Shown: piece after piece, positions 20,177 through 31,353 of the stretch
How positions within the stretch are numbered: the first letter of the stretch is position 1
How the letters are laid out: each line of letters opens with the position of its first letter
Virus record (IMG/VR): IMGVR_UViG_3300035703_000033
Coordinates: 45,616 to 109,615 of that record
Length of the DNA stretch: 64,000 nt
Strand: one strand, 5' to 3'
DNA from: a virus
The notes under the pieces: model-generated
The model's database searches: none
What the model was told of the DNA's origin: nothing
The model's input: only the letters and a program-made list of their open reading frames with translations
Made by a program: the position numbers and the translations under genes

Positions 20177-22390
20177 ATGGAAATTTCTCCATCTCTAAAA
20201 ACACTGCTAAATACCTCACAGTCTTTGCAAATAAACTCAGGATGCTTCATTGAGTATAATATGAATAATATGCTGGATAGCATATCTGTATCTTATCCAG
20301 ATGATTTAGAAGTATTTTATAAGACACATAATAACTCAGATGGAACAGTGGTTGATTCATTTAATAAATATAGAAAGCTTTTCCCTGTAGACTCCGTAAC
20401 AAGACCAATCCGCCCACTCAATTCTGGAATTAAATACTTTATATGGACAGAAGGTAAGACAGAGGTTAGTGAAAGTTCTTTTGAGTCTCCAAGAGTTTCT
20501 TTATACCCAGTAGATAAAGCTAGGGTCTACTATCCAGGAGTGGAAAATCAATATAAGTATTGGGTTACTCCTATTAATAAAAATGCTGATATTACTGTAA
20601 ACTATTCCGTATCAACAGCAAAAATAACTCAAGCTTATTTTAATGGAACATCTGTAGTATATAAAACATTTTTTCCTCATGGGTTCCTGTCTGGAATGAG
20701 AGTAAATATAACTGGGCTATCTATATCTGCATATAATCTTTCAAATGTTTTAATTTCTAATATAATAGATCAGTATACATTTGAGGTTAGCAGCTCTGCA
20801 GTCGGAGCCTGGGCAGAAAATCAAAATGGAACAGCCACCCTAGTAACTGCTACTAAAGCAGCAACTGCTAATAAAATAGTTATAAGATTTGAAAAGTTTC
20901 ACGATAAGCCAACCGCTATAAATGTTACGATAAATGCTGAAACTCCAATAGCTTTGACAATACCAGCAAGTGACTGGAGCGGAGAGCATATTTTATATTA
21001 CAATGGTTCATCTTGGTCTACATCTAAACCATCTTCTCCGTCTAGTCCTATAAACGTATCAACCGTTAGGGTACAGGCTACAAATAGCGCATCTGGAAAA
21101 GCATTAGGCGTTATAGAGGTTTCAGCTAGATGGTACAAAGATATATCTTCAGATATAGTGTCTATGAAAATATCTAAAGAGTCTTCTTCAGATAACACAA
21201 GAATATTACCTGTTGGATATGTTACGGCAAACGATATGAGCTTAGAGTTAGTAAAATATGATCAAGACCAGGTTAAGATATTAGAGTATAATAAGTCTGA
21301 CAGCATAGATGCCTCAAAAATATATTTATATAAAAATGCTGAGCTAACACCGTACATAGAAGTTGAAGGAAATAAAATTAATCAAGGATATTTTTATATT
21401 AAAAACTTTGATATAGATCAATATGGCTCAGCAAGCGTAATGGCATTAGACTCAGCTAAATTTTTAATGGAAACAATTGCTCCAGAAATTTTATGCGAGT
21501 CATATCCAGCTACAGCAGTCCTAAGAAGATTGCTGGATTCAGTTGGATTTTCCAGCTATAATTTTAATGTAGAAGAAAATGATGACTCAGTTCCAGTGAT
21601 AAATTATTGGTACTCCACTAATACAGAAACAGTCTGGGGGCTAATACAAGACTTATGTCGAGACATTCAAATGAATGCTTTTGTTGATGAAAATAATGTT
21701 TTACAGTTCTATAGTAGAAATAAGATATATAATAACTTAAGTGTAGACTGGCAATTTTTTTATGACACTGAAATGTCTGGGGCATCAGTAGTTGGTCTAC
21801 CAAATATTCAGTCTTTAAATAAACAAGAAATTGCATCTGCTAATGAGGTTCAAATATTATGGAGTTCTCCAGTAACTTCAAACTACCTAGGTAACTCTAC
21901 ATTTATTTGGCAGACTCCCACTAGATTTTTGGGAGCTGGAGGACTCAAAACTTCGATAGAGAGAGATACAACTCCTGTTGATACAATACTTGATATTGAT
22001 TTAAATACATACGCAGACGCATATAGCGAAGCTCAATCACTATACAGTTTTAGCGGGTACGTGTTAATAAATTCTGAAGTTATAGAATATGATGCTATAC
22101 AATATCAGTATGTTCCAAAAGAAGCATCGGATGATGCGGTGCCAGAAAAAATTTGGGTAACTTCCGCTTTAGATTTAAATAAATATAGATGGTTATCAAA
22201 GCCAGGCTATAAAGACCCTAAAAAACCAGAAACAGCTTTCTTTAGGCCAACTGGAAAGTACAGGGTAAAAACAAGAGGAGCTCTTGGAACTAATAGGGGA
22301 GAACATCCAGCTTCTGCAATTGATTTTGTTAATCCGAGCCATTCAGAAGATTTAACTAAATGGAATCAGGGGGTGCTAGAGTTTAAATGA
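20177..22390 (+). CDS. minor tail protein
   Basis: 737 aa in tail module; hub-like region (TVWGLIQDLCRDIQMNAFVDENNVLQF). Confidence 0.7.
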   Translation: MEISPSLKTLLNTSQSLQINSGCFIEYNMNNMLDSISVSYPDDLEVFYKTHNNSDGTVVDSFNKYRKLFPVDSVTRPIRPLNSGIKYFIWTEGKTEVSESSFESPRVSLYPVDKARVYYPGVENQYKYWVTPINKNADITVNYSVSTAKITQAYFNGTSVVYKTFFPHGFLSGMRVNITGLSISAYNLSNVLISNIIDQYTFEVSSSAVGAWAENQNGTATLVTATKAATANKIVIRFEKFHDKPTAINVTINAETPIALTIPASDWSGEHILYYNGSSWSTSKPSSPSSPINVSTVRVQATNSASGKALGVIEVSARWYKDISSDIVSMKISKESSSDNTRILPVGYVTANDMSLELVKYDQDQVKILEYNKSDSIDASKIYLYKNAELTPYIEVEGNKINQGYFYIKNFDIDQYGSASVMALDSAKFLMETIAPEILCESYPATAVLRRLLDSVGFSSYNFNVEENDDSVPVINYWYSTNTETVWGLIQDLCRDIQMNAFVDENNVLQFYSRNKIYNNLSVDWQFFYDTEMSGASVVGLPNIQSLNKQEIASANEVQILWSSPVTSNYLGNSTFIWQTPTRFLGAGGLKTSIERDTTPVDTILDIDLNTYADAYSEAQSLYSFSGYVLINSEVIEYDAIQYQYVPKEASDDAVPEKIWVTSALDLNKYRWLSKPGYKDPKKPETAFFRPTGKYRVKTRGALGTNRGEHPASAIDFVNPSHSEDLTKWNQGVLEFK

Positions 22391-24069
22391 CATATCCAGA
22401 TAGAAATGAATACAGTGGTATATCTAGTTCTTTAAATTTAAGATTTACACCAACAATAACCGACAATATGGATGGTTCTGTTGAAATATCAATAGATAGC
22501 TCATTTGTTACAACACTTCCATCTCTATATAGGGTAGAATATAGAAAAGCTTCAGATACATCATTACCATTCACAACTGTCACAAGCCCCATAGGCGTGT
22601 TAACAATTTCTGGCTTATCCAGAGGTACGACATACACTTTTAAAATAAGGGCAGAAGACGGTTCGTTGTATGGTAACTATTCAATTGTTGAAAAATATAT
22701 TTCAAAAGACTCAAAGGTAGCAGGCGATGGTTCTAAGCAGGTTAATGGATCAAGCCAAACAAAATCTTTGTTAGAGTTAACTAATACAAAAGATAATTTT
22801 AAAAATAAAAAGTGGGCTATTGTATATAAGAGATTTGATAATATACCAGTAGAGCCAGAGGGTGATACTGAGACATACTATTCTTATGGAACTGCTCTCT
22901 ACATGGATTCTAATTTTGACAACCCAAATCAAAGCGCAGCTATAGGATTCTTTATTTCCAATCAGGGCCAGAAAGGGTACTATCTATCGCTAGAGACAAC
23001 CAGCCTAGCAGCATCTGCAAATAAAAAAGAATTAAGAATTATGAAAGCAACAGGTGGAGGCAATCTAGTTGCAATAAAAGACAGTCAGACTACAATAGCG
23101 GAGAGCTTAAACGGTGTTTATGGCGGAAGAGAATACTTGGTAAACATAAAGGTTAAGTTTAAAAGAGTTGCTGGAGTAAAGACAGTTAATATATATGGAT
23201 CAGTAAATGGGTATAAGTTTTCTGCGACAGATACAGACTATGAAAATACAGAAGAAAAAACTAAAAATGTTGCGCTTACTCCAACAAAACAAGTAGCACT
23301 AGTTTGTAAATCTGGTAAGGTAGCTTTTGATTATGTCTACGCAACAGATATCAAGGATAAGAAGTCTTTTGATAGATTACAACTTGTCGGATCTATACAG
23401 AATGGTATATTTAACAATGATTTCCTTGAGTCTGGATTTGGAAATTTAATATATAATCAAAATACCGATGAGGATGCAAAAATAATTCCAGCTGACGCAA
23501 TTGAAGAATTTGGTACAACTGTTAGAGAGATACATACAGCTAAATTAAAATTTGATGCAAGACCAGTCTTTCCAATAAACATATCGACTGGTTTAAATAC
23601 TGGAGCAAGTCTAATAGGATCTAAAATGGGAAGCTTTGATGCTGAACTATACCTATTAAATAATAGCTCTACAACAATACCCATAGATGGTTCAAGTCTT
23701 TATATATATGGAAATACTCTATCAGACTCTGGACAGTTAGAATATAAGACAAATGAAACGTCAGAGTATGTCTATAAAGAGCCAGTAATTTTTGAAACTA
23801 AATGGATTCAAAATTTAGACGACGTAGAAAAACTAGCAAACTGGATTAAGGGTAACGTAATAAATAAAGGTAAAATTGTAGATATGGAAATATTTGGAAA
23901 TCCAGCAATTTCAATTGGTGAAATTATTACCATTAAATACCCATATGTTGAGATGAGCGGGGATTCTGAAAAAGAAAGATTTATAGTTACTAACGTAAAG
24001 CATGAGTACAAGGATGGAGGTCTAACTACTATACTGTCTGCTAGAAAGATTCACTTCTCTAGCTTATAA
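22387..24069 (+). CDS. minor tail protein with N-terminal fibronectin type III domain
   Basis: YRVEYRK..LTISGLSRGTTYTFKIRAED (FN3); C-terminal MEIFGNPAISIGEIITI tail-hub motif. Confidence 0.7.
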   Translation: MTYPDRNEYSGISSSLNLRFTPTITDNMDGSVEISIDSSFVTTLPSLYRVEYRKASDTSLPFTTVTSPIGVLTISGLSRGTTYTFKIRAEDGSLYGNYSIVEKYISKDSKVAGDGSKQVNGSSQTKSLLELTNTKDNFKNKKWAIVYKRFDNIPVEPEGDTETYYSYGTALYMDSNFDNPNQSAAIGFFISNQGQKGYYLSLETTSLAASANKKELRIMKATGGGNLVAIKDSQTTIAESLNGVYGGREYLVNIKVKFKRVAGVKTVNIYGSVNGYKFSATDTDYENTEEKTKNVALTPTKQVALVCKSGKVAFDYVYATDIKDKKSFDRLQLVGSIQNGIFNNDFLESGFGNLIYNQNTDEDAKIIPADAIEEFGTTVREIHTAKLKFDARPVFPINISTGLNTGASLIGSKMGSFDAELYLLNNSSTTIPIDGSSLYIYGNTLSDSGQLEYKTNETSEYVYKEPVIFETKWIQNLDDVEKLANWIKGNVINKGKIVDMEIFGNPAISIGEIITIKYPYVEMSGDSEKERFIVTNVKHEYKDGGLTTILSARKIHFSSL

Positions 24070-24086
24070 TGGTATAATAAATTATT

Positions 24087-24542
24087 ATGGTAAAAGCAGT
24101 GGACCAAAAAATTAATGCTCAAGACATCACAAGAGGTGCTCCAGTAGTATTAGTTCCTGGACATCCAGATACTCAATTTTTGAGACCTGGCGAGTACATA
24201 GAAAAAAATATTCAAAATCTAACAATAAAGGGAACAGCCGCAGGAATATCTGGCTACTCTTCGGGTGCTGGATCAAAAGAAGTAAATACTGAAAATCCAG
24301 AAGAAAAGAAGCCGTTATTTCCAAGAGAAGTAGTTCATAAGTGGGGTCCAAAAAGTTTAGCATATCCAATAGTTTTGCCAGACACACCAGATTTAAGTGA
24401 TATTGTAAGTGTTCAGTTTACTAAATATTATGATATAGCTAATAAATTAAGAGTAAAGGCAGAAATAAAAATCAAAAACTCTAGTGTTCGAAAAGACAGC
24501 GTAATAGGTGTAGACGCTAGAATATTTAATGTGGGGTCGTAA
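24087..24542 (+). CDS. hypothetical protein (tail module)
   Basis: 151-aa ORF preceded by TGGTATAAT. Confidence 0.6.
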   Translation: MVKAVDQKINAQDITRGAPVVLVPGHPDTQFLRPGEYIEKNIQNLTIKGTAAGISGYSSGAGSKEVNTENPEEKKPLFPREVVHKWGPKSLAYPIVLPDTPDLSDIVSVQFTKYYDIANKLRVKAEIKIKNSSVRKDSVIGVDARIFNVGS

Positions 24543-25474
24543 TGATTAAGGGTACATATATATATTATCAAGATGGTGTAGAGATATACAGATCTTCAAA
24601 TATTATAACAAAGTTTGGGAAAAGATTCCTAACAAATTTTATAGCTGGAAGATCATCGTTCAACGAAAAGTCTTTAGCAATAGGAATTGATAGCACTGTA
24701 GCTACAGAGAATGATACACGCTTAGGTCTTGAGTTCTATAGAACACCAGTGGAGTTTGGTAGCACGGACATTAGTACGGTTGACGGTGTTTCTTCATATT
24801 CAGTAGTATATAAGGCTACGCTTCCACAGGCGCTAGCTGGCGTTATACATGAAATTGGTTTATACCCACAAAATACAATATCTTTAAATAATTATGACAG
24901 CAAGTTTTTAGCTGGTTTTGATAGCCAGCTAGATTGGTATGATTCTTCTCAAGCAAGCCCAGATTTTGTGGCTGAAAACTCTAGGGTCGGAGAGAACATC
25001 CTAGAATTTATATCTGGAAATGATGAACCAAAAGAATATTTTTCTAATATCAATTCATTAGATTTATCTGGTTATAGTATTAATGACACAGTTAGATTTG
25101 CATATTATCAAAATGACACAAATTTATCTACAATAAAAATTAAGCTGTATAGCTCAAATACAGATTACTATACTGCCTCAGTAACACCTGGGGCGGAGGC
25201 TGGATATCAAATATCATCAGACATTTCAATGAGTGAGTTTTTGAATAATCCAGTTGGTAATCCTAATGTTTCCGATATTACTAAAATTGGCATTGAAGTA
25301 TTTCCAGTTTCTGGAGAACAAACATCAATAGGTGCAGATGCTTTAAGAATAAACGATGAAGATACATTTAATCCAATCTACGGCATAATTAGTAGATCTG
25401 TTTTAAGTACACCACTAACTAAATTGGCTGGAAGACAAGTAGATGTAGAATATAGATTGGATTTAAGCTTCTAA
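24542..25474 (+). CDS. minor tail/baseplate-like protein
   Basis: NIITKFGKRF, AIGID..LGLEFYR, IHEIGLY, VDVEYRL motifs typical of fibre-attachment proteins. Confidence 0.55.
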   Translation: MIKGTYIYYQDGVEIYRSSNIITKFGKRFLTNFIAGRSSFNEKSLAIGIDSTVATENDTRLGLEFYRTPVEFGSTDISTVDGVSSYSVVYKATLPQALAGVIHEIGLYPQNTISLNNYDSKFLAGFDSQLDWYDSSQASPDFVAENSRVGENILEFISGNDEPKEYFSNINSLDLSGYSINDTVRFAYYQNDTNLSTIKIKLYSSNTDYYTASVTPGAEAGYQISSDISMSEFLNNPVGNPNVSDITKIGIEVFPVSGEQTSIGADALRINDEDTFNPIYGIISRSVLSTPLTKLAGRQVDVEYRLDLSF

Positions 25475-25475
25475 A

Positions 25476-27668
25476 ATGGCATACGAAGATTTACTTAAGG
25501 ATACATCAGTTCAAAGCTCAGATCCTGGGTATTTCATTGTTACAATTACAGATCTTGATCCATTAAAGCTATACCCGCTTCAGTTAAGATGGAAGTATAA
25601 CGATAATACTTTTGGCCCATGGTCTGCTGTTAAATCAATAACAACTCCATCTGAAACAGTTCCATCAACTCCAAATTTAGGAGTCAGCGATGTTGTTGGC
25701 GGAAATGGTTATATAAAAATTACTTGGGATGGAAAAGATTCAAGCGGCAACCCAATACAAAATATTGACAGAGTTAATATACACATCTCTGGCGGTACAT
25801 TTGGTATAGGCACACAGGTCGTAGATTTTTTTAAAACAGCAGGAACAAAAACAATTGTTGCAGCTCCAGGAACATATATTGTTCAATTAAAATCTATAAC
25901 AGTAGCAAATACAACGTCATTCTTCAGCTTGTCTAGAACTGTAGAAGTTACAGGCACAGAAGACATAATATCTGATCCAGAAGATCCGTCAGCGCCAACA
26001 TTATCAGCTGGAAAGGCATCTATAATTGTAAGCTGGGACGGAAAGAATTCAAGCAATACAAATTTTACTGCAGGTAGCTTTTTTGGTGCAAAGGTATATA
26101 TTGGAAAAACTTCTAACTTTACTCCATCAGAAAATAATTGGGTTCATACACTAAACTTTGCAAATGGTTCCAACCAAGTCTCTATTGGTGTTGGAACAAT
26201 TATAGATAAGTCTACCTCAGAGTCTTTAGATTTTGATACAAATTACTATATTAAAATAGGTACACTAAACGCAAACGGTGAAACAACAGGAAACTTTATA
26301 TCAGCAACTGGGAACCCTATTCAAGTTGAAAAAACTGCGTTTAGCGAGATAGAGGCTGGTATCTTATCAGCAGATGCTTATATACAAGCAGGTCCATCAG
26401 GCGGGCAGAAGGTCATCCTTTCTGGAGGAGCTGAGCCTTTTGTTATATACGGCTCAGATGGTGTCACAAAACTTTTATCATTTCAATCTCAGTTGGGCGG
26501 TGTAGGAAAGTTAAGCATTATTGGATCTGGTACATTCACTGGAGATATTTCTGCTGCTACTGGAACGCTAACTAATGCTTTAAATATAGGAACGCCAAGC
26601 GGTGGACTTTACCCGTTTAGCGTTAGCTCTACTGGAGTTGTAAGAGCCATATCTGGAACTATTGGCGGAATGACACTAGCAGCTGATGGTATACAAAATA
26701 GTACAGGAAGCTTTAAGCTAGACACAGACGGTAAAGCAAAATTCGGTTCTATAGACATTTCTCCAACAATAGGTATTTATCATAATAGTGGATCATTTAG
26801 TCTTGGAGCAAATGGAAGTCTATCACTTACTGGAAGCGTTACAGCAACAGAAGGAAGTATAGCTAATTGGACAATAATTGGATCCACCTTAACTGCAAAT
26901 AACATAACGCTAGACGCATCTACTGGAACTATTTATTCAGGAAATTCTGCAGGATCTCATATTCAATTAAGTAATGCTTATGGCTTGCGACACATGAACA
27001 ATGCATCAACTACTGGAAACTTTGTTCTTACACCACTTGGTGATTTAACAATACGTGGAACAGTAACAGCAGTATCTGGTTATATTGGAACTCCAGAAAG
27101 TGGTTGGTATATAGATAGTGTGGGTATTAGAAACTCTCAATATGGAGTAACCCCAAACACGTTTTTATATAACCCAAATAGCTTTACCGATAATAATGTT
27201 ATATTTCAAATTGCTGATGCGGATAAGTTTAGTGTAACAAAGGCTGGAAATTTGACAGCTTCTAACGCAGACATATCTGGAACAATACGTGGTTCTGAAG
27301 TTATTGGTTCTACATTTTGGATTGGAGCAAATGCTAATTCTACTGATTATATAAATTGGGATGGTACGTTTAGCCTTGCAGGAGGAAGATTAGTTGGATC
27401 TCCATCTGTATTAACATTGAATCCAAATAAACTTGGTCCATCTCAATTTAAATTTTATTTAAACGCAGTAAGTAATGGCGACGGAACAGCTGGAGATAAA
27501 ACACTTGTTCAAGATGCAGATACAGGAGAAATAACATTAGGACGTGCATTCTTCTATGCTGGAAATCAATACCCAGATGGAAGAACAGATAGAAGTCAAT
27601 TTGCAGGTGGAGACCAAGGCTCTGGAGCATTTGATACTGGAGACATAATATTAAGTAGGAAAGCATAA
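25476..27668 (+). CDS. tail fibre/minor tail protein with FN3-like domains
   Basis: FN3-like N-terminal repeats; Gly/Ser/Thr-rich beta repeats (GTIGGMTL, GSIANWTI, ADISGTI). Confidence 0.7.
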   Translation: MAYEDLLKDTSVQSSDPGYFIVTITDLDPLKLYPLQLRWKYNDNTFGPWSAVKSITTPSETVPSTPNLGVSDVVGGNGYIKITWDGKDSSGNPIQNIDRVNIHISGGTFGIGTQVVDFFKTAGTKTIVAAPGTYIVQLKSITVANTTSFFSLSRTVEVTGTEDIISDPEDPSAPTLSAGKASIIVSWDGKNSSNTNFTAGSFFGAKVYIGKTSNFTPSENNWVHTLNFANGSNQVSIGVGTIIDKSTSESLDFDTNYYIKIGTLNANGETTGNFISATGNPIQVEKTAFSEIEAGILSADAYIQAGPSGGQKVILSGGAEPFVIYGSDGVTKLLSFQSQLGGVGKLSIIGSGTFTGDISAATGTLTNALNIGTPSGGLYPFSVSSTGVVRAISGTIGGMTLAADGIQNSTGSFKLDTDGKAKFGSIDISPTIGIYHNSGSFSLGANGSLSLTGSVTATEGSIANWTIIGSTLTANNITLDASTGTIYSGNSAGSHIQLSNAYGLRHMNNASTTGNFVLTPLGDLTIRGTVTAVSGYIGTPESGWYIDSVGIRNSQYGVTPNTFLYNPNSFTDNNVIFQIADADKFSVTKAGNLTASNADISGTIRGSEVIGSTFWIGANANSTDYINWDGTFSLAGGRLVGSPSVLTLNPNKLGPSQFKFYLNAVSNGDGTAGDKTLVQDADTGEITLGRAFFYAGNQYPDGRTDRSQFAGGDQGSGAFDTGDIILSRKA

Positions 27669-30600
27669 TGAGTTGGTGGAGAAAAGCAAGTTCTACCGAC
27701 ACGGGTAGTCATAATATAGATGGATGGATCAAAATACAGAGTATCTGGAGAAAAGCCAGCGCTTCTGATTCATACAACTCTTCACTAAGTACAAATCCTT
27801 GGGTAATAGATGGATGGCTTAGAATTAAAAGTGCTTGGAGGCACGAGGGTGGTGGAATTTGGTCAAGAATATTTAGTGCCTTAAGTGTTCCAATTCCAAA
27901 AGACCCATTACCTACATTATATTTTAAATGGCCAGATACATTTGAAACTACTGATTCTCCAATAAATGGCTCAAAGATGTTTGTAACAAGAGGAGCTTGG
28001 ACAGAAGAGCCAAATGAATTTAGAATAAGAATTCAGGAATTAGAGCCATACGGCACTTGGACTACAATATATGATACTACTAAAACATATACAGAATATT
28101 TAGAGTCAGATGATTTGGATAGATTCCCGTCAAATGCAAATGATTCATCTAGACCAACAATATCAAAGGCAAAGACCTTAGCTGGATATAAATTTAGAGC
28201 AAGGGTTGATGCTACTAATGTGAATAATGACACAAATTTTCATATTACAGATCCAATGATGCCAAGATTAGATTTTATAATATCTTCTTTAGTTGTAAAT
28301 TCAGAGACCTCATCTGGTGCAACATTTTCTTGGGACTATGCCCCGTATGTAAACTCTGGATCAATTAATTCATCAACAGACATATACTCTCAGGTTATAA
28401 CAATTTATGATGAGCTTGGAGATGAAGTTTATTCAGAATCAATTCCAGCAGGGACTACATATGTTATTCTTTCAAATGCAGCTTTGCTACCAGGCACTAC
28501 ATATACTGCAGAGTTATGGTCTATTGCGTACGACGGCTATGTTTTTGAAACAGATCAAACTTTTGATTTTACAAGTGTAGATTTTACTACAACTGATGCT
28601 ATACCAGAAATAGAAGTTAATCCAACCCTCACATTAATTTCTGGAGAATCTGCTTGCGTGGGTTCTGTTTATAGACTATCCAGTGGATCTTGGACAAATA
28701 ATCCAACAGGATTTAGATATTATTTTGATAGACAAAATTTTGCTGGTTCAAATATATTAACATATCCAAGTACTTCTACATATACTACTGATACATATTA
28801 TGACTATACTCTTGCAAGTGAAAATGCACAAGGAATAGATGCATATACAATTGCAGCAAATAATAATGGTGAAGCACAACTATATGCATATGCAACAAGC
28901 AGCATAACTGGGCCAATTAAATTACCAAGACCTACTGGTGTCTCTGCAACAGCATCTGGCTCTTCAATTAGTATAAGTTGGACCCCACACCCATCAGCTA
29001 CAAAATATAGAATTTATTGGGCTTCATCTTCAGCATACGAGCCTGGCCCAGCAAGTTCTTCTTTTGATGAAGAAAAAACCACCACTTCGTGGACATGGAG
29101 TTCAAGCGATCCAGATAAAAATGGAGTATCTCCATCTCAAGGTTCTTCATATGTTTTTTATGTTTCTCAATCTGTTGGAGGAACAATCTGGAGTAACTGG
29201 TCTACAGCTTCAGCTAGTGTAACAATGCCTTCAACTCCAGTAAATACATCAAGACCAGTATTTAGTTTACAGTCTGGTACAGCAAATAAAGTTGGATCCA
29301 CTTATAGATTATCTAGTGGATCTTGGGCAAATAATCCTACACCAACACAGTTTAGATATATACTAGAATTAAACAATGTTTCTGGCACACGTTTTGTGCA
29401 GTATCCGTCATCTACAGGATGGACAACAGACAGTTATTATGATCATACATTTTCTTCAAGCACATCCTCATCTATTTCTGGAGTAGTTGTTGCTTATAAT
29501 GGCTTGTCTGCAGAAGCTTATAGTACGACTAGTATTGGTCCAATTACATATCCAACATATACAATAACATATAATGGAAATGGCGGAACTCCAACAAGGT
29601 CTTCTGATATTGTAAATGCTGGTTCTTCAATTACTTTACCAAGTGCTTCAAGAAATTATAATACATTTTATGCATGGTATGATTCAGCAGTTGGTGGCTC
29701 ATATGTAGGGACTGCTGGAGCTACCTATACACCTACATCAGATATCACCCTATATGCTAGATGGACTCCAATAGAATGGACTGTAACCTGGAATGGAAAT
29801 GGAGGTACTGTAAATAATAATAATAGCAGCACTTATGCAGTTACATTTAATGCAGGTTCTACTCTTACAGCTCCATATGCAACTAGGGCGAACTATACAC
29901 ATACTGGTTGGCGTTACCCGTCGTCTGGAGATATTTGGTATAGCGCCTCACCAGGAGGCTCATTCACACCAGATAGTAGCATAATAATGTATGCAACATG
30001 GTCAAGGAATAGTTATTTCCTATATTATTCAGAAGAAGGTGGAACGGCAGTTTCAGATGCTACAGTATTGGCTGGAGATTCAACAACACTACCAGCAACT
30101 ACAAGAACTGGATATACGTTTAATGGTTGGTATAGCGATGGTATAAGGTTGGGAGGAGCTGGTTCTACTTATACGCCAACATCTAATATGACAATATATG
30201 CATCCTGGACACCAATACAATATACTGTAACTTGGAATGCAAATGGTGGCTCTGTAAGCCCAAGCAGCACTACAGGAAACTTTGATTCAGTTATATATGC
30301 CCCAACACCAACCAGGGCTGGGTATACCTTTTTATATTGGAGAGATGATACAAGAGCTCAAAATTATCTTTATCAGGTAAATGCAGGAGGTCAATGGACA
30401 ATTGCTGGAAATATTACATTCTATGCTATTTGGCAAGTTGCAATTCCGCCAACACCATCATGGGTAAGTGCTTCTACAGACAGAACTGATGGAATTAGAT
30501 TAGAGTGGGGTTTGATTGATGGAGCAACTTCTTATGAAATTTGGTGGGGATCTAGCGCACCTTCAGATAGTTTATCTACACCTGATTTTTATCCAGGCAA

Positions 30601-31306
30601 TACTTACTACTATTTAGATACATCAGTTAGTTCTGGTAGCTCTAGAACATACTATATTCGTGCAAGAAATTCAGCAGGAGCTTCATCTTGGTCTAGTGGA
30701 ATAACTGGAACTAGGGCGAACACACAATATACTGTAACTTGGAATGCCAACGGAGGTACTGGCGGAGGATCTACTACCCAAAATGCTGGAGTAGCACATA
30801 TAGCACCATCACCTGGAACCAGAACTGGCTATACTTTTAATGGATATTATGACAGAACATCTGGAGACTATTTATATGGACCAATTGCATCTGGTGGCTC
30901 ATTTAACCCGCCATCTTCAATTACAATGAGCGCAAGATGGTCATCAGCTACCACCACAACTACTACCACTACTACAACAACAACCACTACAACGTCATGC
31001 GTATGTAATTACTCAGATTATGGAACTTATTATTTCTCACCACAATGCTGTTCTGCTAATGCTCCGTACACGGGCCTCCCAGCTGGGCTTTCCCCAGGAT
31101 CTGGGTCATGTTGTCCAAATGTCAACAAGCCAGCTGCCACCACAACTACCACCACAACCACAACAACCACGGCAGCTCCATGTAATACCGTATATTGGAA
31201 ATGCAATTTAACAGATGTGCAAAATTATAGTAATCCATGTCAATTTGTTGGTCAATGTAGGTATGAGGGGAATGACTATTATTCTGCAGGATGTTGCTCA
31301 GTATGA
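27668..31306 (+). CDS. large tail fibre/receptor-binding protein: Ig/FN3 domains, InlB B-repeat (Listeria-Bacteroides) domains, poly-Thr tracts, Cys-rich C-terminus
   Basis: five YTxTx(N/S)xxGG...TRxGYTFxGW...TxYAxW repeats, two VGSxYRLSSGSW Ig-like repeats, FN3 (YYIRARNSAG), Thr15 and Thr11. Confidence 0.75.
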   Translation: MSWWRKASSTDTGSHNIDGWIKIQSIWRKASASDSYNSSLSTNPWVIDGWLRIKSAWRHEGGGIWSRIFSALSVPIPKDPLPTLYFKWPDTFETTDSPINGSKMFVTRGAWTEEPNEFRIRIQELEPYGTWTTIYDTTKTYTEYLESDDLDRFPSNANDSSRPTISKAKTLAGYKFRARVDATNVNNDTNFHITDPMMPRLDFIISSLVVNSETSSGATFSWDYAPYVNSGSINSSTDIYSQVITIYDELGDEVYSESIPAGTTYVILSNAALLPGTTYTAELWSIAYDGYVFETDQTFDFTSVDFTTTDAIPEIEVNPTLTLISGESACVGSVYRLSSGSWTNNPTGFRYYFDRQNFAGSNILTYPSTSTYTTDTYYDYTLASENAQGIDAYTIAANNNGEAQLYAYATSSITGPIKLPRPTGVSATASGSSISISWTPHPSATKYRIYWASSSAYEPGPASSSFDEEKTTTSWTWSSSDPDKNGVSPSQGSSYVFYVSQSVGGTIWSNWSTASASVTMPSTPVNTSRPVFSLQSGTANKVGSTYRLSSGSWANNPTPTQFRYILELNNVSGTRFVQYPSSTGWTTDSYYDHTFSSSTSSSISGVVVAYNGLSAEAYSTTSIGPITYPTYTITYNGNGGTPTRSSDIVNAGSSITLPSASRNYNTFYAWYDSAVGGSYVGTAGATYTPTSDITLYARWTPIEWTVTWNGNGGTVNNNNSSTYAVTFNAGSTLTAPYATRANYTHTGWRYPSSGDIWYSASPGGSFTPDSSIIMYATWSRNSYFLYYSEEGGTAVSDATVLAGDSTTLPATTRTGYTFNGWYSDGIRLGGAGSTYTPTSNMTIYASWTPIQYTVTWNANGGSVSPSSTTGNFDSVIYAPTPTRAGYTFLYWRDDTRAQNYLYQVNAGGQWTIAGNITFYAIWQVAIPPTPSWVSASTDRTDGIRLEWGLIDGATSYEIWWGSSAPSDSLSTPDFYPGNTYYYLDTSVSSGSSRTYYIRARNSAGASSWSSGITGTRANTQYTVTWNANGGTGGGSTTQNAGVAHIAPSPGTRTGYTFNGYYDRTSGDYLYGPIASGGSFNPPSSITMSARWSSATTTTTTTTTTTTTTTSCVCNYSDYGTYYFSPQCCSANAPYTGLPAGLSPGSGSCCPNVNKPAATTTTTTTTTTTAAPCNTVYWKCNLTDVQNYSNPCQFVGQCRYEGNDYYSAGCCSV
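30950..30994 (+). repeat. ACN codon tract encoding Thr15
   Basis: 15 consecutive Thr codons of mixed type (ACC/ACA/ACT/ACG). Confidence 0.9.
31139..31171 (+). repeat. ACN codon tract encoding Thr11
   Basis: 11 consecutive mixed Thr codons. Confidence 0.9.
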
Positions 31307-31318
31307 TGATAAATACTA

Positions 31319-31348
31319 TTGACAAAAATAATCTAAATTGGTAAAATG
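31319..31348 (+). promoter_or_regulatory. sigma70/HrdB-like promoter
   Basis: TTGACA then TGGTAAAAT, upstream of the 31354-32857 gene trio. Confidence 0.65.
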
Positions 31349-31353
31349 GCATA

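Noticed and set aside
30217-30747. 24-bp exact direct repeat as a DGR template/variable repeat
   Set aside because: Both copies encode the same motif of a protein repeat, there is no adenine-specific divergence pattern, and no reverse transcriptase is in the window.
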